Shown here: one piece after another, positions 1 to 7,291 of the stretch
How the letters are laid out: each line of letters starts with the position of its first letter
How positions within the stretch are numbered: position 1 is the stretch's first letter
Source: Candidatus Latescibacterota bacterium
GTDB taxonomy: Bacteria > Latescibacterota > UBA2968
Assembly (NCBI GenBank): GCA_038279365.1
Contig: JAYODI010000116.1
Span: 1 to 13,862 of the forward strand
Direction: 5' to 3'
Length of the DNA: 13,862 nt
Notes under the pieces: model-generated
Told to the model about the DNA's origin: nothing
The model's input: the letters and a program-made list of their open reading frames with translations, nothing else
The model's database searches: none
Made by a program: the position numbers and the translations under genes

Positions 1-19
1 GACCACCAACAAAACAGAA

Positions 20-940
20 ATGACCCATCACTATCTCGTTTACTTTCGCCGCCGCCGTGGTGGCATGGGCATTCCCTACGACCTTGCACATACAGAATTC
101 ACGGCCATATTTGCAAATCACAATTTAATTATCAAACACGAGCATATCCCCAAACACCGCATGTGGGTCATTTTAGACCTCTCACCAAAAGAAATACAAC
201 TGCACGCCCAAAACCTCGCCTACACCGAAGCCATCTTATCACAACACATCGAACCATATGGTGGCCAAACAATCACACCCATCGAACGTGGACGTTGGCA
301 TATCGGTTGGGTGCGCCAAGGCAACAACCAAATCTATCAGGAAGAAGCCTTCGTCCAAAACATTTTACAAAGACGTCAAGAATCACCCGACCAACAAACC
401 TTCCCTATCTATAAAAATGGCAAACTGATCGCAGCCAAAGGATACCATACGCGCCGCGCCCTTTCAGCAATGGATGCGCGCTTTCTCTTTAACATTGCAC
501 ACCTTCAGCCCAACGCACGCATCTTAGATCCATTTGCGGGGTTTGGGGGCATCATTCGCGAAGCACATCGGCGCAACATCACCATCTTTGCATCAGACAT
601 AGACCCCACCCTCTCAATGGGCCTACACAACTTAGCCCTTCAAACATATACACTTGCCGATGCCCGATCCCTCCCACACCCCTCACACATATTTGATGCC
701 ATCATAACCGAACCGCCTTTTCACCCCACATACCAACACGCCGTCTACGATGCTCTGCCCGAACTTATGCGCGTACTCAAACCCAATGGCAAACTCATGC
801 TCCTCATCGCACAAAACATGTGTGCAACCATCCAATCGCTATGCGATCAATTAAACCTCAACCACACACACATTGCTACCATTCCACGCGATCATGGTCT
901 GCGCTGTTCTGTGCGCCTCATCCAATCCTTGACGCATTAA
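20..940 (+). CDS. Class I SAM-dependent methyltransferase, Trm11/UPF0020 (RNA amino-methyltransferase)-like
   Basis: 306-aa ORF. C-terminal half has motif I ILDPFAGFGG, acidic ASDID, ADARSL, motif IV-like DAIITEPPF and LMRVLKPNGKL. The N-terminal ~140 aa are not confidently recognised. Confidence 0.8.
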   Translation: MTHHYLVYFRRRRGGMGIPYDLAHTEFTAIFANHNLIIKHEHIPKHRMWVILDLSPKEIQLHAQNLAYTEAILSQHIEPYGGQTITPIERGRWHIGWVRQGNNQIYQEEAFVQNILQRRQESPDQQTFPIYKNGKLIAAKGYHTRRALSAMDARFLFNIAHLQPNARILDPFAGFGGIIREAHRRNITIFASDIDPTLSMGLHNLALQTYTLADARSLPHPSHIFDAIITEPPFHPTYQHAVYDALPELMRVLKPNGKLMLLIAQNMCATIQSLCDQLNLNHTHIATIPRDHGLRCSVRLIQSLTH

Positions 941-1023
941 ATTTTTCAACCCTAAATTACACCTATCGATACACAAATCAAAATTGAGCCCTTTCAAAAA
1001 ACATCCATCAGGCAAGGTATTCC

Positions 1024-1860
1024 ATGTCAGAGTCTACCCCCGTCATTAATGCAGCAGAACATGCTTGGGTCATCAACAACCCACAGTTTCCCATAGATCC
1101 AGATATTTCCGTCTGCCCCCAAAACCCACCCAAAAGTGACTATTCGGGTGAGCACTTGCTTTCCGAAATGAAAATACACGGCATCGACAAAACCGTGATC
1201 TCTCATGTGTGTTATTACGGACGAAACAACGACTACACCATCCATTGTGTCAAAAAACATCCTGACAAACTCGCCGGATTTGGTTTGCTTGTAGGGCACA
1301 GGCTCTACGCACCCAACGACCCAGAAAACCCACTACGACTCGAAAAACTCATGACCGAAGACGGTCTATCTGGTCTTCGCATCAGCCCCATTTACGACCG
1401 CAAAACCGTCTGGTTCAACGATCCAGTCGTTTATCCACTCTGGGAAAAAGCACAAGCACTAAACGCCACCTTTAACATCTTTCTCGGCCCCGAGCAAATC
1501 TCACAAGTAGCCGACATGGCCCAACGCTTTCCGGGTGTCAACATCGTCATTGATCACATGGCCATGATCGACATCACGCGCCCCGACAGCGAAGGCATTG
1601 ACCCCCTTTGTAAGTTGGCGCAATATCCCAATGTTTATGCACGCACTTCCCTCCACAACATGTCCAAAGAACAAATACCCCATCGCGATGTTTGGCCGTA
1701 TCTCCACCGTCTCTACGATGCTTTTGGTCCCCAAAGGCTCATTTATGCCAACTTCTTTGAATTCCTTATCATGAAAGACATGATTCCCTTCTTTACCGAA
1801 ACAGACAAAATTTGGATCCTTGGAAAAACTGCAGAGCGTCTCTATTTCAAAAACTCCTAA
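1024..1860 (+). CDS. Amidohydrolase-2 family TIM-barrel protein (sugar lactonase COG3618-like scaffold) with atypical catalytic motifs
   Basis: 278 aa. Family-like segments GIDKTV, NDY, GLRI, VIDHMA, LAQYPNVY, LYDAFGPQRL and ILGKTAERLY. Weak SD (AAGG) upstream. The beta1 and beta8 catalytic motifs deviate (see findings). Confidence 0.8.
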   Translation: MSESTPVINAAEHAWVINNPQFPIDPDISVCPQNPPKSDYSGEHLLSEMKIHGIDKTVISHVCYYGRNNDYTIHCVKKHPDKLAGFGLLVGHRLYAPNDPENPLRLEKLMTEDGLSGLRISPIYDRKTVWFNDPVVYPLWEKAQALNATFNIFLGPEQISQVADMAQRFPGVNIVIDHMAMIDITRPDSEGIDPLCKLAQYPNVYARTSLHNMSKEQIPHRDVWPYLHRLYDAFGPQRLIYANFFEFLIMKDMIPFFTETDKIWILGKTAERLYFKNS

Positions 1861-1874
1861 AAGAAAGAACACAT

Positions 1875-3017
1875 ATGTCCATTGGAAAAATCTGGCCGTC
1901 AGAAATCACCGAATTTGAAGACATTGATTCAGGTGCCAAAGTCAAACAACTCACATACCATCGCACACATTCACATCACTTTTACTTTACCAATTCCGGT
2001 TGGTATGCAAACGGAACCAAACTCCTCATCTCCTCAGACCGCAACAATGCCACCAATCTTTATGGCATAGACCTCCAAACAGGTGAACTCCAACAAGTCA
2101 CCGATCTAAAACCGCTCCCGCTACCTCGCGAAGTCGAATTTTTACGTGCGTGTGTCAACCCCACCAAAGACGAAACCTACTTTTGGTATGGTCTCGACCT
2201 CATTGCGCTCGACCTCACCAGTTTAGAAAGCCGTGTGCTCTACACCATGGAAGAAGGCTGGGATGTCTCTATGATCAACTGCGCCGCCGATGGTGCACAC
2301 GTCTACGCCAGCATCTCCGAAGACATGTCCCATCTGTTTCGCGTTGATTACCTCAGAGGGTATGTGGGCTTTGCAGAAACATGGGAAGCCATGCCACTGA
2401 GCAAAATCATCAAAGTAGCCACAGATGGCTCAGGTGGCGAATCGGTCTTTGAAGAAAAATATTGGATCGGCCACGTCAACACCTCGCCCACAAAGTCCAA
2501 CATCCTCACCTTCTGTCACGAAGGCCCTTGGCACAAAGTAGACAACCGCATTTGGGGCTTTGATGTAAATACAGGCAAAGCCTGGAAAATCAGAGCACCA
2601 CAAAATGGCGAAAATGTTGGCCACGAATATTGGCATGCCGATGGCGAACGGGTCGGTTATCACGGCAGAAACCCAGACGGCACCAAATTTTTAGGTCACT
2701 GTCTTTATGACGACACGGATCACGTTGAAAACAGCTTTCCGGGCAACACGGGACACATCCACTCTAATGACCCCAACCTCATCGTGGGTGATGGCGGAAA
2801 AGTAGTACGCCTCTGGAAATGGACAGGCGAAAAATATGATGGTCCACGCGTCTTATGCCGTCATGATTCCTCCAGCAAAATCCAACAACTTCATGTCCAC
2901 CCGCGTTTTTCAGCCAAAGGGGATCAAGTTGTCTTCACAACAGATGTCACAGGATATGGCAACGTCTATCTGGTAGACATACCAGACTTTGACCAACTGC
3001 CGATCATCGACGAATAA
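1875..3017 (+). CDS. ogl: Oligogalacturonate lyase family protein (polysaccharide lyase family 22, beta-propeller), probably cytoplasmic
   Basis: PL22-like motifs HHFYFTN, FCHEGPW, RIW, GHEYW, HIHS, HVHPRFS and GYGNVY. Start moved from TTG 1812 (overlaps the upstream gene) to ATG 1875 (MSIGKIWPSE), giving 380 aa. No signal peptide. Confidence 0.85.
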   Translation: MSIGKIWPSEITEFEDIDSGAKVKQLTYHRTHSHHFYFTNSGWYANGTKLLISSDRNNATNLYGIDLQTGELQQVTDLKPLPLPREVEFLRACVNPTKDETYFWYGLDLIALDLTSLESRVLYTMEEGWDVSMINCAADGAHVYASISEDMSHLFRVDYLRGYVGFAETWEAMPLSKIIKVATDGSGGESVFEEKYWIGHVNTSPTKSNILTFCHEGPWHKVDNRIWGFDVNTGKAWKIRAPQNGENVGHEYWHADGERVGYHGRNPDGTKFLGHCLYDDTDHVENSFPGNTGHIHSNDPNLIVGDGGKVVRLWKWTGEKYDGPRVLCRHDSSSKIQQLHVHPRFSAKGDQVVFTTDVTGYGNVYLVDIPDFDQLPIIDE

Positions 3018-3071
3018 CATCAGACCATCAATGCTTTGAGTCTGACGATCTAAAAAATAAATATCTAACAA

Positions 3072-3115
3072 ACACAAAAAACCACCGTGCTTAAAAGAAC
3101 GGTGGTTTTTTGTGT
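3072..3115. terminator. Bidirectional intrinsic (Rho-independent) terminator
   Basis: Perfect 17-bp inverted repeat ACACAAAAAACCACCGT (3072-3088) / ACGGTGGTTTTTTGTGT (3099-3115). The A6 and T6 tracts give a U-tail on both strands. It lies between convergent ogl and nrfA. Confidence 0.92.
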
Positions 3116-3134
3116 GCTCAAAACTTATATCATC

Positions 3135-4550
3135 TTATGGCTTGGCAACCAACTGCAATGCTTTTACTTGACCTTGTCGTGCATAATCGGCGGCCTCACC
3201 CAAAATACGCGCCGCCTCTTGGGGGGCATGAAAGCCCATCGAATTTTCTGCCGCAATAAAATCCAAACGCCACTGTGCTTTGCGTTGTAACTCCAGCGAC
3301 TCTTTCAAATCCGCCTGACTCGCGCCACTGTCTTTTGCTGCTTTAATCGCATCCAACTGATCCATAAGCGCCGCCCCAGCACGCTGCAACAAGGCCTGAT
3401 TTTTTTCCTGAATCCCATCCACACGCGCTTTCAATTCATCTTCAGAAAAGCGATGACACGTTTGACATGCCCGATTCACATTTAACAACGGGCTGCGCAC
3501 CCAGTGATCTGAAACCTTTGTTGCCCCATCGCGCATATAAGGCATATGGCAATCTGCACAAGAAACTTGACTGCGTGCATGAATCCCTTGGCTCCACAAC
3601 TCAAACTCTGGATGTTGTGCCTTCAATATCTCAGCACCACTTTCTGCATGTTTATAATCATAAAACCGTGTGCCATCTTCAAATTTCGTTTCATCCCAAA
3701 ACTTTTCAACCTGCTCCGCCTTCAAACCATTTCCCCAAGGAAATGTGAGTGGCATCTTATTGGCACAATAATATTCAACATGGCATTGCCCACACGTAAA
3801 AGACCGCATCTCATTACGACTGGCATCTACATTGGGGTCATAGGGCTTTTCACGAGATCCTTTACGCCAACGCTCAATAGAAGGAATATGTGGTGTCGGT
3901 TCACTTGATTCGGCCAAAATGCGAATGCCATTAATAAACCCAGGACGCGTGACCCTTAAACTCATATTTTCTGGGCTGTGACAATCCACACAAGACACAG
4001 GATGTGCATGCCCAGAATCATGAAGCTTTGCATTTAAGTCTTTGTAAGAATATTGAAACGTTTTTTCAAATCCTTTCATCGCATCACCATCACCAAGCTC
4101 GCGATAAACAGGCATAATAGAAGCATGACAATGCAAACAAGAACCCGTTTGAGGTTTGGTTTGCCGTTCTGTTTGCTCCTGATCTTCAAGCATATAAGCA
4201 TGGCCTCGACGGTCGCGATAATCGATAGAAAACGCATACCCCAAAAACATGCGTTTTAACCACGGGTCGCGATCAATTTTCTGTGCAGGCAATGCCTCAC
4301 TGCCCCCATGACCACCAAACCGTGTGCGTGTGGATGTGGCCGTCAGCTTATAAGCATCATATTGCCTGGGCCAATTCACACCCCATTTTGCTGGGTCGGT
4401 ATCGTCTTCAGTTACCTTTTCTAACAACACATAAGAATTTTTGGCCTCTGTTTTACGATCAAAAATATTCATCAATAAAGCCGTAATAAGGAAGGTGGCT
4501 GCTGCTGCACCTATAGCAATACCCAAAGCCCCTTTCCATGAAATTTTCAT
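3135..4550 (-). CDS. nrfA: Ammonia-forming pentaheme cytochrome c nitrite reductase NrfA (cytochrome c552), CXXCH heme-1 variant
   Basis: 471 aa with an N-terminal hydrophobic anchor and five heme motifs (CLHCH, CVDCH, CGQCH, CADCH, CQTCH). NrfA hallmarks [33 protein letters not shown] and [10 protein letters not shown]. The start overlaps the nrfH stop (ATGA, 4547-4550). Confidence 0.96.
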   Translation of the reverse strand: MKISWKGALGIAIGAAAATFLITALLMNIFDRKTEAKNSYVLLEKVTEDDTDPAKWGVNWPRQYDAYKLTATSTRTRFGGHGGSEALPAQKIDRDPWLKRMFLGYAFSIDYRDRRGHAYMLEDQEQTERQTKPQTGSCLHCHASIMPVYRELGDGDAMKGFEKTFQYSYKDLNAKLHDSGHAHPVSCVDCHSPENMSLRVTRPGFINGIRILAESSEPTPHIPSIERWRKGSREKPYDPNVDASRNEMRSFTCGQCHVEYYCANKMPLTFPWGNGLKAEQVEKFWDETKFEDGTRFYDYKHAESGAEILKAQHPEFELWSQGIHARSQVSCADCHMPYMRDGATKVSDHWVRSPLLNVNRACQTCHRFSEDELKARVDGIQEKNQALLQRAGAALMDQLDAIKAAKDSGASQADLKESLELQRKAQWRLDFIAAENSMGFHAPQEAARILGEAADYARQGQVKALQLVAKP

Positions 4551-5056
4551 TGCGCAATCCTTTCTGATTGTGTCAGTGGCCCTCCCAGGCCCATCTTTTC
4601 ACCATGCCCTACACTTGCATGGCAATGTACACACTGCACGCCATTTATCCCTCTTGTGGCACCATGAACCATTTCCTGTGTGAGATCACCATGACAGGAA
4701 AGACAATTGTCTTGAAGAATTTGTGCGTTCGATGCCTTAATTTTTATGGGTTCATCAAAATCTTGAAGGGTAAACCCTTTAGAATGGTAATAACCATTTT
4801 CTGCTTTTGCGATATATTTGGCAATAAAATCACCAGGCAAATGGCATTGAACACACGTAGCCACCCCGTGATGACTCGCTTTTTGCCACGAATCATACTG
4901 CGGTTGCATAATATGACAGTTGGCACACGCTTTAGGATCTGTGCTAAAATAAGACAGTCCTTCAGCATAATGCATCGTAAAAGCACCCAACCCTAAAAAA
5001 ATGCCCATGGAGATGGCCACCAAAAGTATGGGACCTCGCCGATTCTTTTCATTCAT
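4547..5056 (-). CDS. nrfH: Cytochrome c nitrite reductase small subunit NrfH (NapC/NirT family tetraheme quinol dehydrogenase)
   Basis: One N-terminal TM helix and four heme motifs: CANCHIM (NrfH CXXCHXM signature), CVQCH, CLSCH and CVHCH. Also YFSTDPKAC and SWQKASH. Start placed at ATG 5056 (169 aa) instead of TTG 5107, though the exact start is uncertain. Confidence 0.94.
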   Translation of the reverse strand: MNEKNRRGPILLVAISMGIFLGLGAFTMHYAEGLSYFSTDPKACANCHIMQPQYDSWQKASHHGVATCVQCHLPGDFIAKYIAKAENGYYHSKGFTLQDFDEPIKIKASNAQILQDNCLSCHGDLTQEMVHGATRGINGVQCVHCHASVGHGEKMGLGGPLTQSERIAQ

Positions 5057-5151
5057 AATCAACTCGATCGTTGAACAATAAAAGATAATAAGGTCTTTTA
5101 TTCGCAATAAACAACATCCCTGTCATATTGTAAAGCACTTTTTTGATCTAA

Positions 5152-5270
5152 ATAACGTCCTGTGTGACTTCTTTTGTCGAATGTAAATCAATCAGTTATT
5201 TTTTGAGGCATCATCATCTAAAAAACGGCTTTTTGAAAAACAATAACTTACAAGTCACACATCGCGTTAT
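5152..5270. repeat. Spaced inverted repeat in the nrfHA upstream region
   Basis: ATAACGTCCTGTGTGACTT (5152-5170) versus AAGTCACACATCGCGTTAT (5252-5270) is 16/19 complementary, with a perfect 10-bp core and an 81-bp spacer. An inner pair is AGTTATT (5194-5200) / AATAACT (5242-5248). Confidence 0.6.
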
Positions 5271-5353
5271 AAATACTCAAAAAAACATATGCCAATACAA
5301 CAAATCAATAGTACCCGACAAACCCAACGCTATCACATAAATAAAGATCATCT

Positions 5354-5374
5354 AAAATTCAACATGGCGTTGAA
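5354..5374 (-). terminator. Possible weak terminator downstream of the aldo/keto reductase
   Basis: 6-bp stem TTCAAC (5358-5363) / GTTGAA (5369-5374) with a 5-nt loop, followed by TTTT on the minus strand. The stem is AT-rich and weak. Confidence 0.25.
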
Positions 5375-5397
5375 ATTGAAAATTTGAAAACATCTCC

Positions 5398-6366
5398 CTA
5401 TTTTCGGACACCCTTTGCATCCAAAATTTTCGTTCCCTCTGGTCCAACGACCTTCCGCACCTCAAAATAATCTTCGCGCGACAGCGTTTTGCCAATGGCA
5501 CCAACAGCCTCAGTAATCTGATCAGACGTTTTGATCCCACAAATTGCCACATCAATTGCAGGATGCATCAGTGTAGCAGCCAGTATCAGTTGGTATATCG
5601 TCAACCCATACCGATCAGCCATAGGCTTGAGGCTGTGAACCCGAGTACACAAATCGAGAAACCGTTCTCCTTGAAAATCGGGATGGATATTCCGAAAATC
5701 TGAAAATGTTTCCGTTCCTTTATACTTGCCAGAAAGCAATCCTTTGTGCATTGGTGAATAAATCATAACCCCTATATTTTCCGACTGACAATAGGGCAAC
5801 AGATCTGTTTCACCATTGGGTTCTACCAAACTATAAGACGGTTGCATCACCGTATAGGCTCCAAAGCGCCGTTGTGCACGACACTGTTCCACCGTGTGAT
5901 TGCTCACCCCATAAGCCCGGATCTTCCCCTGCTCCCGAAGGCGTTCCAGCACACCTGCAATATCGGCAAGCGGTGTTAGAGGATCCCACATGTGCAAGAA
6001 ATACAAATCAATTGTATCAATACCCAAACGGCCGAGCGACACATCGCAGCGCGCCGCAATATGCTCAGGCGACAAATCGGGATACCGAGTGCCATCAGGA
6101 TTAAAATGGTTAAACACCTTGGTCGCAATGACTATCTCGTCTCGGGGGAGATCCTTAACCGCTTCACCCAGCACGCTCTCAGCCTGCCCATCACCATAGG
6201 CTTCTGCCGTATCAAAAAAATTAATTCCCAAATCAAAAGCCAACTTCATTGCAGCAATGGCCTCATCCTTTGACTGTGCCCCCCAAAACCGCGGGCTGAG
6301 TTGCCACGTGCCAAATGCAACCGGCGAAACCTCCAAACCACTTTCTCCAAGTATCACGCGTTCCAT
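5398..6366 (-). CDS. Aldo/keto reductase
   Basis: 322 aa. Motifs GLEVSPVAFGTW, FFDTAEAYG (catalytic Asp and Tyr), IATK (Lys), IDLYFLH (His), GKIRAYGVSN, QPSYSL and YSPMHKGLLSGKY. SD AGGAGG at 6375-6380 on the minus strand. Confidence 0.95.
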   Translation of the reverse strand: MERVILGESGLEVSPVAFGTWQLSPRFWGAQSKDEAIAAMKLAFDLGINFFDTAEAYGDGQAESVLGEAVKDLPRDEIVIATKVFNHFNPDGTRYPDLSPEHIAARCDVSLGRLGIDTIDLYFLHMWDPLTPLADIAGVLERLREQGKIRAYGVSNHTVEQCRAQRRFGAYTVMQPSYSLVEPNGETDLLPYCQSENIGVMIYSPMHKGLLSGKYKGTETFSDFRNIHPDFQGERFLDLCTRVHSLKPMADRYGLTIYQLILAATLMHPAIDVAICGIKTSDQITEAVGAIGKTLSREDYFEVRKVVGPEGTKILDAKGVRK

Positions 6367-6424
6367 CTGACATACCTCCTGTCATAAAAACACCCACAAT
6401 GACCACACCTTAACACCGGAAAAA

Positions 6425-7198
6425 CTACCCCACGCCAACAACAAACCAAGCAATAAAAACACCTCCAACCCCACTCAACCCATTCACCCAATCGTTATTC
6501 ATCCAAGACCACCCAGAAACCTGCTCTGTTCCCTGCCCACAATGTTCACGTTTCTCTGTTACTTTGCCACACGCACCACAACAATATTGTGCCTGAATTG
6601 TTGCCCCCAGCAAACTATCCAACAAACTGCCCAGCACACCACAAAAAGTTACTGCCCAAATCGTATATAGATCCCCATAAAAAACCCACCCCGATAATGC
6701 CACACTCAAAGCCCCCAAAGACGCTCCAGTCATCCCCAAAACGGTTAACCCACCTGACGTACCAGCGGACACCTTTTGAAAGGTCGTAACCAATCGCGGT
6801 GCTCCCTTGGCCAATGTACCAAGCTCTGTGGCCCACGTATCTGCTGCAGCAACAGCCAGTGCCGTACAATACAATGGAAACAGTTCCCCACGCCCAATCA
6901 CCGCATAGACCACTGCAATCACACCCGCCACGCCCCCATTGGCAAATACCTGATACGCATCACGCTGGCCTCCTTTTTCAAAAACCAGATCGTATTGCTT
7001 CTTGTGTACCCTACCCACCTTAGACAACAAACTCGACAATAAAAAAAAAGTCAACATGGGCACGGCCCACATCCACCCCCCAAAACCAAAAATAGGAATG
7101 GCCAAAATTACAGCCGCTACCGCACCACCAAAACTCAACAAACGCAATCTATATGACAAACAACCGATGCCCAGTACAATGCCGATTGCCCAAAACAT
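6425..7198 (-). CDS. DUF92 / TMEM19 family integral membrane protein with a Cys/His loop
   Basis: 257 aa with multiple TM helices. DUF92 motifs FFLLSSLLSK, EKGGQRDAYQVFANGG, ADTWATELG, GTSGGLT, DSLLGATIQ and NNDWVN. SD-like AAAGGA upstream on the minus strand. Confidence 0.92.
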   Translation of the reverse strand: MFWAIGIVLGIGCLSYRLRLLSFGGAVAAVILAIPIFGFGGWMWAVPMLTFFLLSSLLSKVGRVHKKQYDLVFEKGGQRDAYQVFANGGVAGVIAVVYAVIGRGELFPLYCTALAVAAADTWATELGTLAKGAPRLVTTFQKVSAGTSGGLTVLGMTGASLGALSVALSGWVFYGDLYTIWAVTFCGVLGSLLDSLLGATIQAQYCCGACGKVTEKREHCGQGTEQVSGWSWMNNDWVNGLSGVGGVFIAWFVVGVG

Positions 7199-7210
7199 AT
7201 ATCATCCTTT

Positions 7211-7291
7211 AAGTCACAGGTCTAAAGTCTATCAAAAGCTTTTTTAACCGACTTGCGACTTGTGACTTGTGACTTGTGATTTGCGACCTTA
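7211..7291. repeat. Heptamer tandem repeat array with inverted copies (potential hairpin)
   Basis: 7250-7291 reads GACTTGC GACTTGT GACTTGT GACTTGT GATTTGC GACCTTA. 7211-7231 reads AAGTCAC AGGTCTA AAGTCTA, degenerate copies in the opposite orientation. The arms are separated by an 18-nt AT-rich spacer. Confidence 0.85.

Noticed and set aside
1741..1800. Possible frameshift or pseudogene explaining the missing GSD motif in the amidohydrolase
   Set aside because: The family-typical C-terminal helix (DKIWILGKTAERLYF) is in the same frame with no stop, so the gene looks intact.
1812..1874. Longer TTG start for the PL22 ORF given in the ORF track
   Set aside because: It overlaps the amidohydrolase C-terminus by 49 nt. 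ATG 1875 follows the upstream stop and gives a family-like N-terminus.
3087..3290. 67-aa plus-strand ORF starting inside the terminator
   Set aside because: It starts in the terminator stem, runs antisense to the nrfA 3' end, and has no SD or recognisable motif.
5057..5107. N-terminal extension of nrfH from TTG 5107
   Set aside because: It adds 17 residues with no NrfH character. ATG 5056 gives the usual short basic segment before the TM helix. Not fully excluded.
5143..5156. FNR-like box TTGAT-CTAA-ATAAC upstream of nrfH
   Set aside because: It is biologically attractive but matches only 8/10, with a poor right half-site, in very AT-rich DNA. It is also not at the class II position relative to the best -10 candidate (TACAAT, minus strand 5132-5127).
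7250..7291. CRISPR array
   Set aside because: The units are 7-bp tandem repeats with no spacers, and no cas genes are present.
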